Below the pieces are notes generated by a model. The model was not told where the DNA came from. It made no database searches and saw only the letters and a program-made list of their open reading frames with translations. Below are positions 26,895 to 37,800 of a DNA stretch of 64,000 bases, in pieces. The DNA comes from an uncultured Clostridia bacterium. Lineage in GTDB: Bacteria > Bacillota > Clostridia > Christensenellales > UBA1242. The DNA lies in assembly GCA_944372585.1 (NCBI GenBank), contig CALVZQ010000003.1, positions 26,754 to 90,753 on the forward strand, in the 5' to 3' direction. The stretch's first letter is position 1. Each line of letters begins with the position of its first letter. The position numbers were made by a program, and so were the translations under genes.

Positions 26895-28436
26895 ATGTTA
26901 TCTAAAGTTCAAAGTTTTGGTTTGACTGGCATTGATGGCTTTTTAACTCAAATTGAAACAGACATAATCGGTGGTGTTCCTCATTTTGAGATCGTGGGTC
27001 TAGGTGACACTGCGGTGAAAGAGGCAAAAGACAGAGTCAAGTCTGCAATCAGAAATTCTGGTTTTGAATATCCCGTCAAACATTACACAATCAATCTCGC
27101 ACCTGCAGATGTCAAGAAAGAAGGGCCTTTTTATGACCTTGGAATTGCAGTCGGAATCCTGTCCGCATCAGAACAAATCAAAACGAAAAAATATAAAGAT
27201 TTCATTTTTATTGGAGAATTATCTTTGGACGGAACAATCAAAAAAGTTCGAGGAGTTTTGCCCGTTCTAATTAGCGCAAGGAATATGGGTCACAAGAAGT
27301 TTATTTTGCCAAGTGAAAACAGCGAAGAGGCGAAATTTATTTCAGGAATGGAAATTTATGCCTTCTCAAATTTGAGAGAAGTGGTTGAGTTTCTGAATGA
27401 TGAAAATCAAACTCCTGTCGAGAGATTGGAGACAAAATCTTTTGAAGAAGTTGCAAAAACAAACAACAACAAACTGGACTTTGAAAATGTCAAGGGACAA
27501 GCATCGGCAAAGAGGGCATTGGAAATTGCTGCAGCTGGTGGCCATAATGTTTTGATGATTGGACCACCAGGAAGTGGAAAAAGTATGCTTGCAAAGTGTT
27601 TTTCTGGAATTTTGCCAGACTTGACATTTGAAGAAGCGCTTGAAGTGACAAAAATCCACTCTATTGCGGGTGAACTTGACTTGAAGAAGGGGATAATCAC
27701 CGAAAGACCCTTCAGGACACCACATCACACTGCATCAACTGTCAGCATGACTGGTGGTGGCAATCACAGCAAACCAGGTGAAATCAGTCTTGCACACAAC
27801 GGAGTGCTTTATTTGGACGAATTTCCAGAATATTCAAGACATTTGATTGAAACCTTAAGACAGCCTCTTGAAGATGGGAGCATTACTGTGGCAAGAGCGA
27901 ATCAAACTGTCACATATCCTGCAAGTTTCACTCTGATTGCAAGCATGAATCCTTGTCCATGTGGAAACTATGGCTCAAAGGACAGAGAGTGCAAATGTTC
28001 GCCGGCACAGATACATAAATATTTATCAAAAATTTCCGGACCAATTATGGACAGAATTGACATTCATGTTGAGGTTGACAACATTTCATATTCTGATTTA
28101 AACAAAGAGCAGAAGGAAGAGAGTTCTGCAAGCATCAAACAAAGAGTGGATAAGGCTAGAAAAATTCAACTTGAAAGATTTAAAAACTCTAAGACATTTT
28201 CAAATTCCAAAATGAGTGTTCCACAGACTAAGAAATTTTGTCCACTTTCAAAAGAATGTCAAAACTTGATGGAACAAGCATTCACAAGTTTGAAGTTGAG
28301 TGCCAGAGCACATGATCGAATTTTGAAGGTCGCAAGAACAATTGCCGACCTTGCTGGAGAAGAAAACATTCAACCACAGCACATCGCAGAAGCAATTTCA
28401 TATCGTGGGCTTGACAGAAAATATTGGAACATATAA
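26895..28436 (+). CDS. comM: YifB/ComM family Mg-chelatase-like AAA+ protein
   Basis: MLSKVQSFGLTGIDGF N-terminus (Lon-like domain), Walker A GPPGSGKSM, GVLYLDEFPE and C-terminal HDRILKVARTIADLAG. Start moved from 26793 to ATG 26895. Confidence 0.9.
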   Translation: MLSKVQSFGLTGIDGFLTQIETDIIGGVPHFEIVGLGDTAVKEAKDRVKSAIRNSGFEYPVKHYTINLAPADVKKEGPFYDLGIAVGILSASEQIKTKKYKDFIFIGELSLDGTIKKVRGVLPVLISARNMGHKKFILPSENSEEAKFISGMEIYAFSNLREVVEFLNDENQTPVERLETKSFEEVAKTNNNKLDFENVKGQASAKRALEIAAAGGHNVLMIGPPGSGKSMLAKCFSGILPDLTFEEALEVTKIHSIAGELDLKKGIITERPFRTPHHTASTVSMTGGGNHSKPGEISLAHNGVLYLDEFPEYSRHLIETLRQPLEDGSITVARANQTVTYPASFTLIASMNPCPCGNYGSKDRECKCSPAQIHKYLSKISGPIMDRIDIHVEVDNISYSDLNKEQKEESSASIKQRVDKARKIQLERFKNSKTFSNSKMSVPQTKKFCPLSKECQNLMEQAFTSLKLSARAHDRILKVARTIADLAGEENIQPQHIAEAISYRGLDRKYWNI

Positions 28437-28472
28437 TAATATTGAACCATTGCCAATTGAAAGGAGAAAAGA

Positions 28473-29543
28473 TTGTTTTCAGATAAAGATAGATTGTTGG
28501 TGTTTTTATCAACATTTGAATTATCAATAAAAAAGCAGGAGAGCATTTTGGACTCTCTTGATGATTTTTCTGTTGACGGTATGTTGAGAAACCCTAAGAT
28601 TTTGAACATCTTAACAACAGAAGAATATCACAAAATTGTGTCGAGTTATGACAAAAGAGTGCTTGATTCTTCAATTGAAAATATGCAAAGAAATGGCATT
28701 GAGATTGTGACAATTTTTTCTGACGAATATCCCGAAAAATTGAGAGATTTGCCAGACAGACCATTGATTTTGTATGCTAAGGGCGATTTAAGTCTTGCAA
28801 ATCAAAAATCTGTTGCGGTTGTTGGCACACGTATGCCATCAAATTATGGCAGAATTGTGACGGAGAAATTTTCAGAAAAACTTGCGCAAAGTGGATTGGT
28901 TGTTGTAAGTGGACTTTGCTATGGAGTTGATGAAATTGCACACAAAAAGACTCTTGCGGTTGGAGGAAAAACAATTGCTGTTGTGGGCAGTGGGTTTAAC
29001 AACATATATCCAGCCACAAACACAACTCTTTCTTTGGAAATCGCAGAGAGGGGATTGTTGCTCTCTGAATATCCACCATCTTTCAAACCAAAGAGATACA
29101 CTTTTCCGCGAAGAAACAGAATTGTTGCCGGACTAAGTGATGGTGTGTTGATTGTTGAGGCGGGGATTAAGAGTGGAACAATTCACACAAAAGAATATGC
29201 TTTGGAATATGGCAAAGATATTTTTGCTGTTCCTGGCAACATAACCAGCAACAAAAGCGAATTGACAAATCAACTTATCAAATCCGGTCAGGCCGAATGT
29301 GTGTTGTCCGCCGATGAAATTGTTGATTTCTACGGAATGAAGAAAGCAGAAAAACAAAAGATGTTGACACTGAGTTTTGATGAAAAATCAGTTGTTGATG
29401 CTTTGGCTGATGGGGAAAAAGATTTTGATTTCTTGTCAAGAAAAACCAAAATTCCTGTTAATATTTTGAACAGTTGTTTGACAACATTGGAAATTCGTGG
29501 TTTAATAAGAAAGTTGCCAGCGCAATGTTACGCTTTGATTTGA
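28473..29543 (+). CDS. dprA: DNA processing protein DprA (Smf)
   Basis: VAVVGTRMPSNYG....GLVVVSGLCYGVDEIAHK Rossmann-like core, following comM. TTG start lies behind AAAGGAG. Confidence 0.9.
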   Translation: MFSDKDRLLVFLSTFELSIKKQESILDSLDDFSVDGMLRNPKILNILTTEEYHKIVSSYDKRVLDSSIENMQRNGIEIVTIFSDEYPEKLRDLPDRPLILYAKGDLSLANQKSVAVVGTRMPSNYGRIVTEKFSEKLAQSGLVVVSGLCYGVDEIAHKKTLAVGGKTIAVVGSGFNNIYPATNTTLSLEIAERGLLLSEYPPSFKPKRYTFPRRNRIVAGLSDGVLIVEAGIKSGTIHTKEYALEYGKDIFAVPGNITSNKSELTNQLIKSGQAECVLSADEIVDFYGMKKAEKQKMLTLSFDEKSVVDALADGEKDFDFLSRKTKIPVNILNSCLTTLEIRGLIRKLPAQCYALI

Positions 29544-29650
29544 TAAAATAGTCAATCACAGCAGAGAGCGAAAAGGAATTTGCAAAGTGATTTTGTATAT
29601 TCTTAGAAAGGTGACATTTGACTACATAAAAGCAAAAAGGAGTTTAAATT

Positions 29651-31711
29651 TTGAAACTTGTTGTTATAGAAGCCCCAGCAAAAAGGGACACATTGAAAAA
29701 ATATCTCGGAGACGGCTATGAGGTTTTTGCCACAAAAGGACATATTAGAGATTTGCCAGCAAAATCGTTTGCCATTGATTTGAACAATAATTATGAACCA
29801 CACTATGAAAACAATCCTGACAAAAAACAACTCATTGAAGAACTCAAGAGCAAAGCAAAAAAAGCTGATGAAGTTTTGATTGCAACCGACCCTGATAGAG
29901 AGGGGGAGGCGATTTCATGGCATGTTGCTCATGTTTTGGGATTGGACCCAAACACAAAATGTCGTATTCAATTCAACGAAATTTCAAAGAAAGCAGTTTT
30001 GAAGGCATTGACAGAGCCAAGAGCGATTGATTTGAATCTTGTCAACGCTCAACAAGCAAGGCGAGTTATGGACAGAATTGTGGGCTATAAACTTTCTCCA
30101 ATTCTTTCCAAAAAAATCGCTCCAAAACTTTCAGCAGGTAGAGTTCAATCTGTTGCCTTGAAACTTGTTGTTGACAGAGAAAAAGAAATACAAAACTTCA
30201 AACCTGAAGAATATTGGACGGTTACTGCTGAGCATGAAAAAGACGAAATCAAATTTAAATCTTCTTTGACTTCATACAAGAACAAGAAAATCAAACCAAC
30301 AAACAAAGAAGAGGTTGAAAAGATTTTGTCTGCAATCAATGGCCAGAATTTTGTTGTTGAAAGCATAACTAAGAAAAAAACAAAATCTCATGCGCTTGCA
30401 CCTTTTACCACAAGCACAATGCAACAAGATGCTTTGAACAAACTTGGAATGAGTTTGAAAAGAACAACTGCATCTGCTCAGGAATTGTATGAAGGTGTTG
30501 AGGTCAAAGGCGAAGGCAAAATTGCGCTTATCACATACATCAGAACAGACTCTACAAGAGTTTCCATTGAGGCGCAAAATGCTTGCCGTGATTTTATTGT
30601 TGAAAAATATGGCAAAAATTACATTCCAGAAAAACCAAACATCTATGCATCAAAGAAAAATGCACAAGATGCACACGAAGCTATCAGGCCTATTTCGATG
30701 CAAATCACACCAGAGAAAGTTAAAGATTCTCTTTCTAAAGATAATTACAGACTTTATAAACTTATCTACGAACGTTTCATTGCAAGCCAAATGAGTGAAG
30801 CGGAATATTCAAATGTCAATGTCACATTTAATGTGAATGATTACAACTTTAAGGCAGTTGGAAAAACCCTCGAATTTGCGGGTTACACTGCAGTATATAA
30901 GGAATATACTGACGATGAAAAGCAAGAAATAAGCAAACTTCCTGTCCTTAATGAAGGGGAAAGTGTCAAAGTCTTGAAAATTGTAGATGAACAAAAATTC
31001 ACAAAACCGCCAGCAAGATACACTGAAGCAAGTCTTGTGAAAGCTATGGAAGAAAAGGGAATTGGTCGTCCTGCAACTTATGCGACAACGATTACAATTT
31101 TGACAGCAAGAAACTATTGCACAAAAGAAGGGAGATATCTTGTTCCAACCGAGCTTGGAACAAAAATAACTGAGTATCTTGAAAAATTCTTCCGTGGTGT
31201 AATTAATGTGAAATTCACGGCTCATATGGAAAACCGTTTGGACGATATTGCAGAAAACAAAGATGATTGGCACAGTGTTGTCGACAGTTTTTGGAATGGT
31301 TTCAAAGACTTGCTCGCAAATGCTGATGCAAGCAGTGTGACCATGAAAACTCAACCAATCGAAACTGATATTGTATGTGATAAATGTGGTCATAAGATGG
31401 TCATCAGAGAAGGGAGATATGGAAAATTTTTGGGCTGTTCTAACTTCCCTAAATGCAAAAATGTCAAACCTCTTGAAGATGACTCAAAAAAGCCGGTTGG
31501 GAAATGTCCAAATTGTGGAAAAAATGTGTTTCCATTTAAGACCAGGAGAGGAAAAATTTTCTATGCTTGTGAAGACAAAGATGGGTGTAACTTCATGAGT
31601 TGGGACATTCCTACTGGTGAGAAATGTCCAGAATGTGGAAAATATCTCATTAAAAAAGGAAATAAAATCAAATGTTCTTCTTGCAGATATGAGGTTTCAG
31701 CAGAAGAATGA
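29651..31711 (+). CDS. topA: DNA topoisomerase I
   Basis: Toprim N-terminus (LVVIEAPAKRDTLKKYLG, ATDPDREGEAISWH), active-site region ITYIRTDS and three C-terminal Cys4 zinc ribbons. TTG start lies behind AAAGGAG. Confidence 0.95.
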   Translation: MKLVVIEAPAKRDTLKKYLGDGYEVFATKGHIRDLPAKSFAIDLNNNYEPHYENNPDKKQLIEELKSKAKKADEVLIATDPDREGEAISWHVAHVLGLDPNTKCRIQFNEISKKAVLKALTEPRAIDLNLVNAQQARRVMDRIVGYKLSPILSKKIAPKLSAGRVQSVALKLVVDREKEIQNFKPEEYWTVTAEHEKDEIKFKSSLTSYKNKKIKPTNKEEVEKILSAINGQNFVVESITKKKTKSHALAPFTTSTMQQDALNKLGMSLKRTTASAQELYEGVEVKGEGKIALITYIRTDSTRVSIEAQNACRDFIVEKYGKNYIPEKPNIYASKKNAQDAHEAIRPISMQITPEKVKDSLSKDNYRLYKLIYERFIASQMSEAEYSNVNVTFNVNDYNFKAVGKTLEFAGYTAVYKEYTDDEKQEISKLPVLNEGESVKVLKIVDEQKFTKPPARYTEASLVKAMEEKGIGRPATYATTITILTARNYCTKEGRYLVPTELGTKITEYLEKFFRGVINVKFTAHMENRLDDIAENKDDWHSVVDSFWNGFKDLLANADASSVTMKTQPIETDIVCDKCGHKMVIREGRYGKFLGCSNFPKCKNVKPLEDDSKKPVGKCPNCGKNVFPFKTRRGKIFYACEDKDGCNFMSWDIPTGEKCPECGKYLIKKGNKIKCSSCRYEVSAEE

Positions 31712-33063
31712 TTGAAAATATCACATCAAAATTTTCAAAGAAACCAATAAAGATTGTTGGTTGTGGGTTGGCTGGTGCAGAAATTGCTTTTATACTTGCC
31801 AACAATGGTTTTGATGTGCATATTTTTGATTGTAATTTTGAGAATAAAAAAGAAAGAAATGTCATTTCTGAAGGAGAAATTGCACGTGGTGTTTATAAAG
31901 GTCAAAATCAGCAGGTTGATGACCATGAACGATATTACAATGACATTTATGACACTTACTTGACCGACAATATGAAATATGAATTGGAGTGTCTTAACAG
32001 TCCACTTGTTTCAATTGCCAAGAGATATGATTTCAATGATTTTGGATTTATTTATGATGACAATTTCATGAACAAAGTCAAAAAACTGTTGTTGTCAAAT
32101 CCAAGAGTTAAAATTTTCAATATGAAGATTGATACAATAAACGAAACTGAAACAACAGTCATTGCAACAGGTCATAACACAGAAAAAGTTTTGCTTGACG
32201 AATTGAAAAAATATGTTGGGAAATTTCATATTTGTTATTTTCAACCTGAGAATATGGTTGTTGATGCCACTACGGTTGACTTGAACAAACTCAACTTTGT
32301 TTCTGATGATGTATGTTACATCAATCTCTCGGAAGAGGAATATAATAGTGTCTATAAGACAATAATTGACTTTGACAAGGAATATGTGACACCTTCTGAA
32401 ATTGCAGATGAAAAACAAATTTCCGTTGAAAATACAGCAAGAAGAGGGCAAAGTGGTCTTAGGAATGCAATATTCAGACCATATTTCAACGGAGAGATCT
32501 GTCAACAAAAAAGACCTTATGCCAGTCTGAAATGCCGCTATGACAACAAAGAAAATGTGTTGATATTTGAAGAATTTTTTTCTGCTTTTGATGACGAGGA
32601 TCAGGAAAAGATTATTAAAAATATTGAAGTTTTAAAAAATTGCAACGTTGTGAGATTCAGCAAAATAAAAAGAAAAACTTTTTTGCTGACACCAACTTGC
32701 CTTAATCAAAATTTACAAATTTTGGGGCATGAAAATGTCTATGTTTGTGGCGGACTTGCAGGACTTGCAGATGCATTTGAGATTTTGTTGATGGCAAATT
32801 ATTGTGCATACTCAATTGTTGCAGAAAGAAAAAACAAATTGGGTGTGGAACTTTTGAGAGACAAGACTTGCATCAGTGTCATTCTTGACAATTTACTTAA
32901 AAAAAGTGTTGTAAATTTTAGGTTATTCAATCTGAAATATGATATAATCAATAAAGAAGACAAGGACTTGCAACTTTTCAATAAGCAAGTTGAAGTTCAA
33001 AAATTCTTATCTAAATCACAAATTGAAAAATTTAAGGAGAAATTTTATGGAAAGTTTTTTTAG
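31708..33063 (+). CDS. trmFO: divergent TrmFO (Gid)-like FAD-dependent tRNA m5U54 methyltransferase homologue
   Basis: GxGxxG ([10 protein letters not shown]), ELECLNS (compare ELVCSNS), RPYASLKCR (compare RPYAVVQLR) and [13 protein letters not shown] (compare FAGQMTGVEGYVE). It occupies the conserved topA-trmFO-hslV slot. Confidence 0.7.
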   Translation: MIENITSKFSKKPIKIVGCGLAGAEIAFILANNGFDVHIFDCNFENKKERNVISEGEIARGVYKGQNQQVDDHERYYNDIYDTYLTDNMKYELECLNSPLVSIAKRYDFNDFGFIYDDNFMNKVKKLLLSNPRVKIFNMKIDTINETETTVIATGHNTEKVLLDELKKYVGKFHICYFQPENMVVDATTVDLNKLNFVSDDVCYINLSEEEYNSVYKTIIDFDKEYVTPSEIADEKQISVENTARRGQSGLRNAIFRPYFNGEICQQKRPYASLKCRYDNKENVLIFEEFFSAFDDEDQEKIIKNIEVLKNCNVVRFSKIKRKTFLLTPTCLNQNLQILGHENVYVCGGLAGLADAFEILLMANYCAYSIVAERKNKLGVELLRDKTCISVILDNLLKKSVVNFRLFNLKYDIINKEDKDLQLFNKQVEVQKFLSKSQIEKFKEKFYGKFF

Positions 33064-33586
33064 AGGAACAACTATTTGTGCCGTTAAAAAAGATGGAAAA
33101 ATTTGCGTTGCGGGCGATGGACAAGTCACCATGCAAAACAGCATAATTTTCAAAAGCAATGCAAGAAAAGTCAGAAGAATCTACAACAACAGTGTTGTCA
33201 TTGGATTTGCAGGTTCTGTTCCTGATGCTTTTTCACTGAGTGAAAAATTTGAAGAAATGCTCAACAAATTTGCTGGAAATTTGCTCAGAAGTGCTGTGGA
33301 ACTTGCTCAAACTTGGAGAGAAGGGAAGGCTGGGCGTCAACTTGAAGCAATGATGATTGTTGCAGACAAAAATCAAATTTTGATTGTTGACGGAACTGGT
33401 GATGTCATTGAACCACAAGATGATGTTTGTGCAATTGGTTCTGGTGGAAATTATGCTCTTGCGGCAGCAAAGGCACTTGCACAAAACACCAATTTTTCTG
33501 CGAAAGAAATTGCTTATAAGGCACTTAAAATCGCCAGCGAAATTTGTGTTTTCACAAATGATAACATCATTGTTGAAGAATTATAA
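33047..33586 (+). CDS. hslV: ATP-dependent protease subunit HslV (CodW-like)
   Basis: [34 protein letters not shown] and [14 protein letters not shown]. Start set at ATG 33047 behind AAGGAG; it overlaps the trmFO 3' end by 17 nt. Confidence 0.92.
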   Translation: MESFFRGTTICAVKKDGKICVAGDGQVTMQNSIIFKSNARKVRRIYNNSVVIGFAGSVPDAFSLSEKFEEMLNKFAGNLLRSAVELAQTWREGKAGRQLEAMMIVADKNQILIVDGTGDVIEPQDDVCAIGSGGNYALAAAKALAQNTNFSAKEIAYKALKIASEICVFTNDNIIVEEL

Positions 33587-33612
33587 TTTTTCAAGATAAA
33601 GGGAGAAAATGT

Positions 33613-34908
33613 ATGAATTACACACCTAAACAAATCGTTACAGAATTAGACAAATATATTGTTGGACAAACCAAGGCAAAAAAAGCGGTGGCGGTTGCTC
33701 TTAGAAACAGATACAGAAGGAGCAAACTTCCAGCTGAAGTTCGTGACGAAATCACTCCAAAAAACATTGTGATGAGTGGACCTACTGGGGTTGGTAAGAC
33801 CGAAATCGCAAGACGTCTTGCAAAACTTGTTGGCGCGCCTTTTGTCAAGGTTGAAGCAACAAAATACACTGAAGTTGGTTATGTCGGAAGAGATGTTGAA
33901 AGCATGGTTCGTGACCTTGTTGAAGTTGCTGTCAGAATGGTTAAAGACAAAAAGAAGAAAGAAGTTGAAGACAAAGTTATGCCAATCGTTGAAAACAAGA
34001 TTGTTGATGCTCTTTTTCAAAACAGAAGAGTCACAATGGTTGATGTCAACAGAGACAACTTGTTTGAAGAATTGCATAGTGGAAAATGTGAAGACGAGGT
34101 GATTGAAGTCGTTGTTTTGGAAACTCCAAAACCAATGATGGCTATTGGTGGAAACGAAATCAATCTTGGTTCGATGTTTGACGGTTTGACACCACAAAGG
34201 CACAAGAAGAAAAAAATGACTGTTAAGCATGCAAGAGAGACCTTATTGCAAGAAGAAGCTGACAAAATCATCGACATGGACAATGTGAATGAAGAAGCCA
34301 TCAGTTTGGCTGAAGAACAGGGAATCATTTTCATTGACGAAATTGACAAAATCATTGGCAAAAGTCAGGCAACAAACAGTGCTGATGTTTCAAGAGAGGG
34401 TGTTCAAAGGGACATTTTGCCAATTGTTGAAGGCAGCACTGTTCCAACAAAATATGGAAATGTCAAAACAGACTTCATTTTGTTTATTGCTGCGGGTGCA
34501 TTCCATGTTGCAAAAATGGAAGATATGATTCCAGAACTTCAAGGAAGATTTCCAATCAGAGTGGAACTTGAAAGTTTGACAAAAGAAGATTTCAAAAAGA
34601 TTCTAAGCACTCCAAAAAATGCTGTGACTGTTCAATATTCAAATCTTTTGAAGGTTGACAACATAAATTTGGTGTTCAAAGATGATGCACTCGACGAAAT
34701 TGCAGAAATGGCAGAAAAAGAAAATGAAACCAGTGAAGACTTGGGTGCGAGAAGGCTTCACACAATCATGGAGGCACTCTTGGAAGATGTTTCCTTCAAT
34801 GCAACAGGAGAACATCCTATGCTTGACATAATCATTGATAAGAATTATGTCAACAATGTCTTCAAAGATAGACAGAAAAAATTTGATCTTAAAAAATATG
34901 TATTATAA
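33613..34908 (+). CDS. hslU: ATP-dependent protease ATPase subunit HslU
   Basis: [16 protein letters not shown], Walker [26 protein letters not shown] and [10 protein letters not shown]. Confidence 0.95.
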   Translation: MNYTPKQIVTELDKYIVGQTKAKKAVAVALRNRYRRSKLPAEVRDEITPKNIVMSGPTGVGKTEIARRLAKLVGAPFVKVEATKYTEVGYVGRDVESMVRDLVEVAVRMVKDKKKKEVEDKVMPIVENKIVDALFQNRRVTMVDVNRDNLFEELHSGKCEDEVIEVVVLETPKPMMAIGGNEINLGSMFDGLTPQRHKKKKMTVKHARETLLQEEADKIIDMDNVNEEAISLAEEQGIIFIDEIDKIIGKSQATNSADVSREGVQRDILPIVEGSTVPTKYGNVKTDFILFIAAGAFHVAKMEDMIPELQGRFPIRVELESLTKEDFKKILSTPKNAVTVQYSNLLKVDNINLVFKDDALDEIAEMAEKENETSEDLGARRLHTIMEALLEDVSFNATGEHPMLDIIIDKNYVNNVFKDRQKKFDLKKYVL

Positions 34909-34934
34909 TATTCAAATTTAAGACACTATGGATT

Positions 34935-34967
34935 GTTGTATTATGCAGGAAAATATTGAATAGTACC
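34935..34967. repeat. intergenic motif cluster 6 (hslU-tcdA gap)
   Basis: GTTGTATTATGCA (34935-34947) and inverted variant TGAATAGTACC (34957-34967). Confidence 0.5.
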
Positions 34968-35001
34968 TCAATATGTTGTACTTAAATTGAGAGGAAAATC
35001 T

Positions 35002-35682
35002 ATGTGGAATGACAGAACAAAAGCACTTATTGGAGATGTCGGCATCAAAAAACTTAAAGAAAGTCATGTTGCAATTATTGGTGTTGGTGGAGTTGGCGGA
35101 TATGTTTGTTTGATGCTTGCAAGAGCAGGTGTTGGAAACATAACATTGGTTGATTTTGACAGAGTTGATGAAACAAACATAAACAGGCAAGTTGTCGCAA
35201 ATGTAAATACAACAGGCATGCTGAAAACAGAAGTTATGAAAAACATGATATTAAGCGTAAATAGAGATTGCAAAGTTGAAATATTTTCTGAAAGATTTTG
35301 TGCAAAATTTGCGGAAAAACTATTTTCAAAAAAGTTTGATTATATTGTTGACGCTATTGACAGTGTTTCAGATAAGGTGGATCTGATTGTTTATTGCAAG
35401 CAACATGGCATCAATATCATATCAGCAATGGGGGCCGGCAATCGAATTGATATACCACATTTTAAGGTTGTGGATATTTATAAAACATCAAACGACGGTT
35501 TGGCAAAAATAATGAGAAGAAAACTGAGAGAAAATCAAATTGATAGTCTTGATGTTGCAACAAGTGAAAGTCCAGCAATCAAAAATGACGAAAATAAAAA
35601 CATAATTGGAAGCATATCATATTATCCAGCAATGTGTGGTTGTGTTCTCAGCGCTTATGTTGTCAATAAAATTTTAAATTAA
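35002..35682 (+). CDS. tcdA: ThiF/MoeB-fold protein, tRNA threonylcarbamoyladenosine dehydratase TcdA-like
   Basis: VAIIGVGGVGGYVCLMLARAGVGNITLVDFDRVDETNINRQ. It is short (226 aa) with no rhodanese domain or Cys pairs. Start set at ATG 35002. Confidence 0.75.
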   Translation: MWNDRTKALIGDVGIKKLKESHVAIIGVGGVGGYVCLMLARAGVGNITLVDFDRVDETNINRQVVANVNTTGMLKTEVMKNMILSVNRDCKVEIFSERFCAKFAEKLFSKKFDYIVDAIDSVSDKVDLIVYCKQHGINIISAMGAGNRIDIPHFKVVDIYKTSNDGLAKIMRRKLRENQIDSLDVATSESPAIKNDENKNIIGSISYYPAMCGCVLSAYVVNKILN

Positions 35683-35696
35683 AAAGGGGAATTGTT

Positions 35697-36005
35697 ATGG
35701 AACAATTAACAGAAAAGAATTTTGAAGAAAAAACAAAAAAGGGGATTGTGGTTGTAGATTTTTTTGCAACTTGGTGCGGACCTTGTCGTATGATGACTCC
35801 AATTCTTGAAAAAGTTCAAGAAGAATTAGAAGATTCTGTGAAAATCTTTAAGGTTGATGTCGACGAAAATGAAAAATTGGCAAGAAGTTTTGGAATCATG
35901 AGCATTCCAACAATTTATATTTTTGTTGACGGAGAAGTCAAAGAAAAACATATTGGACTTTGGATGCAAGAAGATTTGACAGAAGCCATCAAAAAATATC
36001 TATAA
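35697..36005 (+). CDS. trxA: thioredoxin
   Basis: 102 aa with the WCGPC active site. Confidence 0.92.
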   Translation: MEQLTEKNFEEKTKKGIVVVDFFATWCGPCRMMTPILEKVQEELEDSVKIFKVDVDENEKLARSFGIMSIPTIYIFVDGEVKEKHIGLWMQEDLTEAIKKYL

Positions 36006-36055
36006 TTCATAATAGATTTCACTGATTGTTGTAGGCGAATTTTAATTATTGCCTA

Positions 36056-36084
36056 TTGACAATCTTTTTTGTTGGTGTTAAAAT
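36056..36084 (+). promoter_or_regulatory. sigma-A type promoter of nifS-iscU
   Basis: TTGACA (36056-36061), 17-nt spacer ending in TGT, TAAAAT (36079-36084). Confidence 0.6.
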
Positions 36085-36106
36085 TGTTACATAAAAGGAT
36101 AAGAGC

Positions 36107-37282
36107 ATGGAAAGAAAAATTTATTTGGATAACGCATCAACAACTTTTGTCTCTAATGAAGTTTTAAATGAAATGTTGCCTTGTTTCAACACAATCTATG
36201 GCAATGCAGGTTCTCTCCATAGTTTTGGTCGTGATGCCATGGCAATTGTAGATAGAGCAAGAGACAGAGTCAAAGAGGCAATAAATGCAAGCAAAGCCAA
36301 TGAAATCTATTTCACAAGCGGCGGAACCGAAGCTGATAACTGGGCTGTTATTGGTGTTGCTCACGCTTATGAAAAAAAAGGAAAACACATCATAACAAGC
36401 CAGATCGAACATCATGCTGTCTTACATGCATGCGAACAATTGGAAAAAGAAGGATATGAAGTGACTTATCTGCCAGTCGACAGCACAGGTCTTGTTAAAC
36501 TTCCAGAACTTCTGCATGCAATAAGAAAAGATACAACTTTGATTTCAATCATGTCAGTAAATAATGAGGTTGGAACAATTCAAAACATCAAGGCAATTGC
36601 AAAAATTGCTCATGATTATGGAATTATTTTCCATACTGATGCAGTTCAAGCAATTGGAAACATCAAAATGGACGTTCAAGACATGGAAATTGATTTGATG
36701 TCGATGTCATCTCACAAAATTCATGGACCAAAAGGTGTGGGGGCTTTATATGTCAAAAATGGTGTCAGAATTGACCCTATAACTTTTGGCGGAAACAATC
36801 AAGAAAGAGGAAAAAGGGCTGGAACGGAAAATGTTGCAGGAATTGCTGGCTTTGGAAAAGCAATTGAAATTGCAACAAAAAATTACATCATAAACAACAA
36901 GAAACTCAAAATGATCAGAGAATATTTCCTTGAAAAATTGTCAGAAAAGGTCCAATTTTTCCAAGTCAATGGTCACCCTCATCAAAAATCAAACGCAATA
37001 TTGAACATATCGTTCTACGGCATTGAGGGAGAATCAATTTTGATGCTTCTTGATCTTGCTGGAATTGCAGTTTCAACATCTTCAGCTTGCACTTCAAAAT
37101 CACTTTTGCCTTCTCATGTTTTGAAAGCAATGGGAATAGCTGATGAGATTGCACAAGGAGCAATTAGAATTTCTTTTGGCACAAACATATCAAAATCAGA
37201 TGTTGATTATGTTGTTGATGAAATAGAGAAAGTTGTGACAAAACTTAGGGCAATTTCGCCAATTCAAGCAGGGAGGATTTGA
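36107..37282 (+). CDS. nifS: cysteine desulfurase NifS
   Basis: YLDNASTT, SSHKIHGPKG PLP-Lys and SSACTS active-Cys loop. Followed by the scaffold gene. Confidence 0.9.
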   Translation: MERKIYLDNASTTFVSNEVLNEMLPCFNTIYGNAGSLHSFGRDAMAIVDRARDRVKEAINASKANEIYFTSGGTEADNWAVIGVAHAYEKKGKHIITSQIEHHAVLHACEQLEKEGYEVTYLPVDSTGLVKLPELLHAIRKDTTLISIMSVNNEVGTIQNIKAIAKIAHDYGIIFHTDAVQAIGNIKMDVQDMEIDLMSMSSHKIHGPKGVGALYVKNGVRIDPITFGGNNQERGKRAGTENVAGIAGFGKAIEIATKNYIINNKKLKMIREYFLEKLSEKVQFFQVNGHPHQKSNAILNISFYGIEGESILMLLDLAGIAVSTSSACTSKSLLPSHVLKAMGIADEIAQGAIRISFGTNISKSDVDYVVDEIEKVVTKLRAISPIQAGRI

Positions 37283-37284
37283 TT

Positions 37285-37734
37285 ATGATGTATACAAAAA
37301 CTGTTTTAGATAGATTTCAAAACCCCCGTAATGCTGGTGGTATGCATGGAGCAAATGCCATAGGGCAGGTAGGAAGTGCCACAACTTGTGGTGATATCAT
37401 CAAAATGTATTTAAAAATCGATGATAACGGAATGATTGAAAATGCAAAATTCAAAACTTTTGGATGTTGTGCAGCAATCGCTTCTTCTGATATTGCTTGT
37501 GATTTAGTTAAAGGAAAATCTATAGATGATGCTTTGAAAGTTTCCAACAAAGACATTATTAAAATTTTAGGAGAACTTCCATCTCAAAAAGTTTATTGTG
37601 CAATTTTGGCTGAAGAATCTATAAGAGCTGCAATAGAAGATTATTACAAGAAAAAAGAAAAAGAAACAAAAGCGGAAATAAGAAAAACTAAGAAAAAAGC
37701 TGAAGTTTCTGTTGAATCTGTTGAAGAAGAATAA
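37285..37734 (+). CDS. iscU: Fe-S cluster assembly scaffold NifU/IscU
   Basis: NPRNAG.....G.VGS..CGD, FKTFGCCAAIASS and LPSQKVYCAILAEE (three conserved Cys). Start set at ATG 37285, 8 nt after GGGAGG. Confidence 0.9.
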   Translation: MMYTKTVLDRFQNPRNAGGMHGANAIGQVGSATTCGDIIKMYLKIDDNGMIENAKFKTFGCCAAIASSDIACDLVKGKSIDDALKVSNKDIIKILGELPSQKVYCAILAEESIRAAIEDYYKKKEKETKAEIRKTKKKAEVSVESVEEE

Positions 37735-37740
37735 AAAATA

Positions 37741-37774
37741 AAAACATCTGCTAAATTTTGGTAGATGTTTTTTA
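37741..37774 (+). terminator. intrinsic terminator after iscU
   Basis: ACATCTGC-loop-GGTAGATGT stem followed by TTTTTT. Confidence 0.65.
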
Positions 37775-37800
37775 TATTCATAATAGGTATTATGCAAATT
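37773..37800. other. dif-like Xer recombination site candidate
   Basis: TATATTCATAA-TAGGTA-TTATGCAAATT. The arms are 8/11 reverse-complementary with inner CATAA/TTATG. It is 17/28 identical to E. coli dif and 17/28 to B. subtilis dif, and lies exactly at the convergent strand switch. Confidence 0.45.

Noticed and set aside
6302-37796. Reading GGTATTATGCA units as extended -10 (TGnTATTAT) sigma-A promoters
   Set aside because: Only two of the units have TG correctly placed and none has a -35 at 16-18 nt. Several also point into convergent gaps or antisense to genes.
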